Shown: positions 6,265 to 11,030 of the stretch, in pieces | Layout of the letters: each line of letters starts with the position of its first letter | How positions within the stretch are numbered: position 1 is the stretch's first letter | Assembly: GCA_034722435.1 (NCBI GenBank) | Contig: JAYENX010000059.1 | Span: forward strand, 1-11,030 | DNA: 11,030 bases | Direction: 5' to 3' | Origin: Nanobdellota archaeon | GTDB lineage: Archaea > Nanobdellota > Nanobdellia > Woesearchaeales > JAHWHD01 | Notes under the pieces: model-generated | The model's input: the letters and a program-made list of their open reading frames with translations, nothing else | Database searches by the model: none | Told to the model about the DNA's origin: nothing | Translations under genes and position numbers: made by a program

Positions 6265-6668
6265 GTAAAGGTCAGGCGGCTGTGGAGTTTGCAATGGGTT
6301 TGTCAATATTGATGACTATCTTTGTTGTTTTTATGGTTGTTATATCGCAGAGAACGGCTGATCAGACTGAAGAGAATTTTCAGTATTTAGTTGAAACTTT
6401 TGAAACGTTTTTAAGGTCTGAGGTTGATACTGCGATATCTGTTGAGGACGGATATGAACGGAATTTTACAGTACCGTACACTTTTTCAGGTGCTAATTAT
6501 TCAATTGAAACTCAACCTGATCCTGGTGCAAGACGTACATTTGTTACTTTGGATTTCGAGGGTGTTGATTATGTATATTCAATTAATATAGAGCATGATA
6601 TAAATGGGGATTTTAAGAAAGGTCTTAATACTATTAAAAAACGTGATGGAGAGGTTTCACTTGTTTAG
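6261..6668 (+). CDS. Archaeal type IV pilin-like protein 3 (class III signal peptide)
   Basis: MSKG|QAAVEFAMGLSILMTIFVVF, Glu at +5. ATGA overlap with the upstream stop suggests translational coupling. Confidence 0.85.
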   Translation: MSKGQAAVEFAMGLSILMTIFVVFMVVISQRTADQTEENFQYLVETFETFLRSEVDTAISVEDGYERNFTVPYTFSGANYSIETQPDPGARRTFVTLDFEGVDYVYSINIEHDINGDFKKGLNTIKKRDGEVSLV

Positions 6669-7056
6669 AAAAGGTCAGGTATTTACAGGGGATTTGTTAG
6701 TAGGTATTATGATATTTTTGATAGCTTTTGGAGGAATAGTAGTATTCCTTTATTATTCAGAGACTAAAGTTGCTCTTCCGAATCTTATAGATGATGGGAA
6801 ACTTGTATCAAGAACTGTTACCGGTGCAGGCGGTGTAGGTGTAAGGGGCGAAGAAGGAGAGATAGATCTTAACAAGTTAAGAGATCTTGGTGAAGATAAT
6901 TATACTGAATTGAAAAATGATCTAGGGGTGAGAAGTGATTTTTGTGTGTTCTTCCTCGATCTTGAGGGTAAAATGGTTGATGTTGGTGGAAAGTATACAA
7001 TCGGTTCAAATGGAACCGAAATTAATGTTTCAGGATTCAAATGTGGTGAGAGGTGA
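6661..7056 (+). CDS. Archaeal pilin-like protein 4 (class III signal peptide, no Glu at +5). Start is probably TTG 6661 or ATG 6646 rather than 6604
   Basis: (M)FRKG|QVFTGDLLVGIMIFLIAFGGIVVFLY. GGAGAGGT sits just upstream of TTG 6661 and gives a short basic leader like the other three pilins. Asp at +6. Confidence 0.75.
   Translation: MFRKGQVFTGDLLVGIMIFLIAFGGIVVFLYYSETKVALPNLIDDGKLVSRTVTGAGGVGVRGEEGEIDLNKLRDLGEDNYTELKNDLGVRSDFCVFFLDLEGKMVDVGGKYTIGSNGTEINVSGFKCGER
7050..7056 (+). promoter_or_regulatory. Shine-Dalgarno site for the fibre gene
   Basis: GAGGTGA, overlapping the upstream TGA stop, 7 nt before ATG 7064. Confidence 0.75.
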
Positions 7057-7063
7057 AGTTTAA

Positions 7064-9091
7064 ATGAAAAGAATAATTATATTTTTTACGGTGGTGTTGT
7101 TGTTAGCAGCTTTTATATCTGCAACAGGTTATACTCCTGATCAGGCAGCGCACGATACTTTATATGCAGATAATATTCGTAGTAAGAGTGCAAATATAGT
7201 AAACGTTGATGATGATTTTTGTGTTAAAGGTCAATGTATATCTACATGGGATGATGTAGATAAATGGGCTGGTGATAAACCAGGAAGTATTTTCTATTTA
7301 GATGGTAATGTTGGTATAGGTACTGAAACTCCTGAGACGTATCTTGATGTATATGGCGGTTTGATACAGACTAATGTCGGGGTTCGTATTAAACAAGGGA
7401 TGTCAATTTCATCACTTGGGTTTTCTGGAGTTAATGGTGGTTATTTATTATTAGAAGATCTTGCTGGTAATGTTGATGTACTTTTAACAGCGGATGGAGA
7501 TTCTACATTTAGTGGGAATGTCGGTATAGGAACTGAAATTCCTACTTCGAAATTAGAGGTAGTTGGTGGTCCGATTAAAGCCACAGGTGGTTTAGTTATG
7601 CAAACTTTAGGGTCACAAGCTGAAGAAGATGCTTTAGCAGCTTTAGAGGGACAAGTATGGTTAAGGACTGATGTTAGTGGTGGTGCTGCTGGTTCAGGTG
7701 CTTCGCTTCCTACATGTGCTGATGGTGAAGTTTTGAAGTATAATGTTGGTAGTAGTGCTTGGGAATGTGCTGTTGATGATGGTGGGAGTACATCTTTATC
7801 TGCTTGTTTAGATGGCGAAATCTTAGTTTATGATGATGTTGCAAGTGATTGGGTTTGTAGTGAATTAAATGCTGCTAGTGAAAGTTTACAAGTACTTTTA
7901 AAACAAGATGTTGTTGGAGATACGGGGGCAACACAAGGTGATGTTGCAAATCCTCGTTTTCAGAGTTTTGAGATTACTGAGTCAATGTTGGAAGAGTGTA
8001 GAGTAGATATTGGAGATAATTATTGTTATTTTAGAAATTATGCTTCGCCTTTTGATGCTGATTTTGCTACTGATCAAAATTCTAGGATTTTTAATTGGCC
8101 TTTTGCTACTAAGAAAGTTTTGGGTAATTGGGTAATATTATTAGGGGGAGATATTGAATCTGTGGATATGAATATTAAAATTGGTGACGGGAGTGTTCGA
8201 TATTTTTCTTCTTCAAAAGGTGATTGGACTGAGGGTTGTCGATGGTGGAATATTAATGATGGTCAGTTTAATGATAGAGACGGTTTTACAATTTGTGATA
8301 GGTCTACTTTGACAGATGGTACTTGGCCAAATTACGGTCTAGACGATACAGGATTGTGGTTAACTATAGATAGACAGGATCCGAGAATTAATCATTTTTC
8401 ATTGATTAAGTTAAGTAATGATACTACTGGTAGTAGTTCAGGTGCTTCACTTCCTACGTGTGCTGATGGTCAAGTTTTGAAGTATAATGTTGGCAATAGT
8501 GCTTGGGAATGTGCTGTTGATGATGGTGGTTTGGGTGCTGATACGGATTGGACAATGTCTGGAAGTGATATGTATTCAGGTGTTACAGGTAATGTTGGAA
8601 TTGGAACTTCTACTCCTTCGTCTAAGTTAGAGGTTAGAGATGGTAATTTTAAGTTATCTGCTTCGACTGATGATCCTGGAGATATTATTTTTGAAGATAG
8701 TGCAAGTGTTCAAAAGGCTAGAATTTGGTCTGAACCTACTGCAGTTTCGGGTTTACATTTGAGTAGCGGGGATAATACTCCTGATATTTCTATTGATTCT
8801 GCGGGTGATGTTCAGGTTTCTAATCAACTTATACTTGGAGGTACTGGAAGAAATAGTTGGCAAACTTTAGATTGTACTTATGTTGAGGGTTACGGTAATC
8901 CTGGAGATTCTACTGCTTATTGTTTGGCAGGATATGTGCGAACTGGTTGTAGTCTTCAATATAATGATTTTTATGGTGGTACTTGGGGTACTGCTGCTCA
9001 ACCGAGTGGTCTGAATGGCTGTGTATGTAGTGATGGAGTATCGTGGCAAGGAGAGGTAAGATGTTATGCTTACTGTTGTAGGTTGATATAA
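7064..9091 (+). CDS. Secreted fibre/adhesin-like protein (tail-fibre-like GNVGIGT repeats, Cys-paired connector repeats, Cys-rich C-terminal tip)
   Basis: Sec-type signal peptide MKRIIIFFTVVLLLAAFISA. Three GNVGIGT-x-x-P-x-x-x-L-[DE]-V-x-x-G motifs (nt 7304, 7514, 8588). Two near-identical SGASLPTCADG[EQ]VLKYNVG[SN]SAWECAVDDGG units plus one degenerate unit. C-terminal domain with 8 Cys ending AYCCRLI. Confidence 0.7.
   Translation: MKRIIIFFTVVLLLAAFISATGYTPDQAAHDTLYADNIRSKSANIVNVDDDFCVKGQCISTWDDVDKWAGDKPGSIFYLDGNVGIGTETPETYLDVYGGLIQTNVGVRIKQGMSISSLGFSGVNGGYLLLEDLAGNVDVLLTADGDSTFSGNVGIGTEIPTSKLEVVGGPIKATGGLVMQTLGSQAEEDALAALEGQVWLRTDVSGGAAGSGASLPTCADGEVLKYNVGSSAWECAVDDGGSTSLSACLDGEILVYDDVASDWVCSELNAASESLQVLLKQDVVGDTGATQGDVANPRFQSFEITESMLEECRVDIGDNYCYFRNYASPFDADFATDQNSRIFNWPFATKKVLGNWVILLGGDIESVDMNIKIGDGSVRYFSSSKGDWTEGCRWWNINDGQFNDRDGFTICDRSTLTDGTWPNYGLDDTGLWLTIDRQDPRINHFSLIKLSNDTTGSSSGASLPTCADGQVLKYNVGNSAWECAVDDGGLGADTDWTMSGSDMYSGVTGNVGIGTSTPSSKLEVRDGNFKLSASTDDPGDIIFEDSASVQKARIWSEPTAVSGLHLSSGDNTPDISIDSAGDVQVSNQLILGGTGRNSWQTLDCTYVEGYGNPGDSTAYCLAGYVRTGCSLQYNDFYGGTWGTAAQPSGLNGCVCSDGVSWQGEVRCYAYCCRLI
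7692..7785 (+). repeat. 94-bp direct repeat, copy 1 (copy 2 at 8436-8529)
   Basis: gttcaggtgcttcgcttcctacatgtgctgatggtgaagttttgaagtataatgttggtagtagtgcttgggaatgtgctgttgatgatggtgg; 89/94 identical to copy 2 by manual comparison. Confidence 0.95.
8436..8529 (+). repeat. 94-bp direct repeat, copy 2
   Basis: Five substitutions relative to copy 1 (g>a, a>g, g>c, t>c, g>a). The copies are 744 bp apart, a multiple of 3. Confidence 0.95.
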
Positions 9092-9462
9092 TGAAGTGGA
9101 TGTTTGTTTTTTTATTCATTATTTTAGCAATAGGGTGTAAACCTTCGTATGATATTACGCCTGAAGTTAATATCGATAAAGTAGTATTGTTAGATGGTGA
9201 AGTTATTACTTCAGAGATAAGTCGCGTTTCTCAAAATGTTGACTTAGATTCGTGTGAAACTCGGTCTTGTATTGATAATGTTGCTTTGCAGTTAGCTATG
9301 AGCAATTATGATATTTCATATTGTGAAATGATAAGTTCAGATTTTATGAAACTTGATGATTGTAAAACTACAGTCATAATGCGAAAAGTAGAAAATACTA
9401 ATGATACTGAGTTTTGTAATGAATTACAGGGAGAATTAAGAGGTGTATGTTTAGGTGAATAA
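9091..9462 (+). CDS. Putative lipoprotein with Cys-pair helical repeats
   Basis: MKWMFVFLFIILAIG|CKPS lipobox-like signal. Repeated D-x-x-x-C-x(10-12)-C units (DLDSC..SC, DISYCEMISSDFMKLDDC, DTEFCNELQGELRGVC). TAATG overlap with the upstream gene. Confidence 0.7.
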   Translation: MKWMFVFLFIILAIGCKPSYDITPEVNIDKVVLLDGEVITSEISRVSQNVDLDSCETRSCIDNVALQLAMSNYDISYCEMISSDFMKLDDCKTTVIMRKVENTNDTEFCNELQGELRGVCLGE

Positions 9463-9799
9463 AATAATTATTGCTCTGGTTGTTGTTGTAGTGGGTGTTT
9501 TAGTAGGGTTTAATATATTTTTATTTACTGAAATTAAAGAAATAAGAGGAGAACAATCTAATGGTTTGCGAGAGATGATTGGCGAGTTTGTAGTTGTAAA
9601 GGATAATTTACTTGTTATTGATAACGGTAATGAAGTCTCTGGAGACTTTTCAAATGCTATGTTTTATGAAGAATTTTCAGGAGAGGGAGTTCATAAGCAG
9701 CATCCAACTATATTTCATTTGAATTTAATACCAGGAGATAATGTTAAATTGATTTTTAATGAAGATGTATTACTTAATGTAATCAAGGTGGTTGGATGA
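9455..9799 (+). CDS. Hypothetical protein with an N-terminal membrane anchor (GTG start)
   Basis: Hydrophobic segment IIIALVVVVVGVLVGFNIFLF. GAGGTG SD upstream. Overlaps both neighbouring genes. Confidence 0.7.
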   Translation: MNKIIIALVVVVVGVLVGFNIFLFTEIKEIRGEQSNGLREMIGEFVVVKDNLLVIDNGNEVSGDFSNAMFYEEFSGEGVHKQHPTIFHLNLIPGDNVKLIFNEDVLLNVIKVVG

Positions 9800-11030
9800 G
9801 GAAGAGTTTGTTGATGGGATTGTGTATGGTGTTTTTAGTAGTTTTAGTAAGTAGTATTGTATCTGCAGAGGTTACTTTGGATGAACAGTGGCAGAAAGTT
9901 AATACTAATACTTTAAATTTAATAGTAGATGATTTAGGAAATACTTATGGTTTGGTGTGGACTTATGATTTTATTGATAATACATATTTCATTGTTAAAT
10001 ATGATGTTGATGGGAATCAATTATGGAATACTCCATTACCTGTTGATTCTAATAATTATTGGACTTCTATGCAGATTGATTCTAATGGTAATGTTTATGT
10101 TGCAGGACGTCGTTCTGATTCTAGATCAATTAGAGCAAAATTAAGTTCAAATGGTGTTCTTGAATGGAAAAAGACGGGTCCTATTAATTTTGAATCTCGA
10201 TTTGTAGTTCAGAATGATGTTCCTTATTTATTAAGGTATAGTCGGGCTTATCCTGTTATTCAACATGCTAGATTTTTTTTAGTAAATTCTGTTACAGGAG
10301 ATGTTAATAAGTTGTTTGATTTTGGATATATTGGTGATGATTTAAGAGTTTATTCTCGTTTTTTAACTGCGACTAACTCTGGGGATTTTTATGCTTTAAA
10401 TTATTTTTATGGTGGGCAAGTAGATAGGTTGATTAAATTTGATGTTGCTGGAAATATTCTATGGGATAATGTTTTAAGCCAGTTAAGCGAATATAGTTTT
10501 TATTCTATGGATGTAGATTCGCAAGATAATGTTTATATTGTGTATGATAATCTTGATGGGGTTAACGGTATGAATCTTGTTAAGTATGATTCAAATGGTA
10601 ACCAGTTATGGGTTAAAGAAAACGTTCTTTCTTCTGCTCATGTTGATGAAAATGATAATATTTTTACTTTTGATATGGACGATAATGTAGAAAAATATAA
10701 TTCTGATGGTGTCTTGTTATGGGAAACTTTAGTGCCTGAACCAATGCTTTCTACTTTGAATGCTTTACAAGCTGGTACTTATAATTATAATATTTATATT
10801 GGTCGAGCCATTTCTCATAATGGAGATTTATTATTTCATACAATAATGCATGATGATTTTGCAGGTTCTTATGTGGAAAGTAATATTATTAAATATAACA
10901 TATTAGGTGAATGTGTTTGTTCAGATACTTTTTGTAATCCTGTTCACGATGGGACAGTATGTGATGGTTGTAATTATGTTGCGGCGCCCGTAGAGGTTTG
11001 TGGTGATGGTGTTGATAATGATTGTGATGG
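9796..11030 (+). CDS. Secreted beta-propeller repeat protein followed by a Cys-rich/MopE-type metal-binding motif; 3'-truncated by the window and absent from the ORF track
   Basis: Manual translation from ATG 9796 (ATGA overlap, GGTGG SD) has no stop through 11030 (411 codons). Signal peptide MRKSLLMGLCMVFLVVLVSSIVSA. Blade motifs KYDVDGNQLW, KLSSNGVLEW, KFDVAGNILW, KYDSNGNQLW, KYNSDGVLLW, paired with IDSNGNVYV, VDSQDNVYI and VDENDNIF. Ends ...EVCGDGVDNDCDG. Confidence 0.9.
   Translation, partial: MRKSLLMGLCMVFLVVLVSSIVSAEVTLDEQWQKVNTNTLNLIVDDLGNTYGLVWTYDFIDNTYFIVKYDVDGNQLWNTPLPVDSNNYWTSMQIDSNGNVYVAGRRSDSRSIRAKLSSNGVLEWKKTGPINFESRFVVQNDVPYLLRYSRAYPVIQHARFFLVNSVTGDVNKLFDFGYIGDDLRVYSRFLTATNSGDFYALNYFYGGQVDRLIKFDVAGNILWDNVLSQLSEYSFYSMDVDSQDNVYIVYDNLDGVNGMNLVKYDSNGNQLWVKENVLSSAHVDENDNIFTFDMDDNVEKYNSDGVLLWETLVPEPMLSTLNALQAGTYNYNIYIGRAISHNGDLLFHTIMHDDFAGSYVESNIIKYNILGECVCSDTFCNPVHDGTVCDGCNYVAAPVEVCGDGVDNDCD

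Noticed and set aside
6604-6660. ORF-track start at 6604 for pilin 4
   Set aside because: It gives an atypically long leader and a 65-bp overlap. TTG 6661 (or ATG 6646) fits the SD and the class III leader pattern better.
7692-8529. Direct repeat pair as the template/variable repeats of a diversity-generating retroelement
   Set aside because: Mismatches are not confined to adenines of one copy (g/a, a/g, g/c, t/c, g/a), both copies are internal and coding, and there is no reverse transcriptase in the window.
7692-8529. Repeat pair as a CRISPR array or IS target duplication
   Set aside because: Only two long copies, in frame within a gene. No spacer periodicity, terminal inverted repeats or transposase.
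7064-9091. Prophage or viral origin suggested by tail-fibre-like motifs and a sigma factor
   Set aside because: The fibre has a Sec signal peptide and is operonic with cellular pilins. No capsid, terminase, portal or integrase genes are in the window. A large archaeal virus or extrachromosomal element cannot be fully excluded from 11 kb.
8867-9119. Minus-strand ORFs 8867-9049 and 8910-9119
   Set aside because: Antisense to the fibre tip. Their Thr/Ser/His/Asn richness reflects strand skew.
9947-10144. Plus-strand ORF of 65 aa in the track
   Set aside because: Alternate frame within the real 9796 to >11030 propeller gene.

Overview
AT-rich window that reads as a DPANN-type archaeal chromosome (Woesearchaeota/Pacearchaeota-like; this lineage call is inferred from the archaeal class III prepilin cluster, a full-length Elp3 and TATA-box promoters). 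The left part carries two adjacent bacterial-type gene-expression genes. One is a 16S rRNA m7G1405 methyltransferase of the FmrO/ArmA/RmtB family (94-942). The other is an 826-aa protein whose C-terminal ~290 aa is a clear RpoD-like sigma-70 (regions 1.2, 2, 3, 4) fused behind about six tandem HTH-like repeats and a very basic linker (976-3456). Its 3' end overlaps a convergent elp3 (3448-5139, minus strand). Divergent from elp3 is a compact surface-structure operon: four archaeal type IV pilin-like genes, a secreted fibre/adhesin-like protein with GNVGIGT repeats, a 94-bp internal direct repeat and a Cys-rich tip, a putative lipoprotein, a membrane-anchored protein, and a secreted beta-propeller plus MopE-type-motif protein (9796 to beyond 11030) that the ORF track misses. 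The most striking item is a sigma-70 factor with novel architecture in an archaeal context. No RNA genes, CRISPR arrays or mobile elements were seen.
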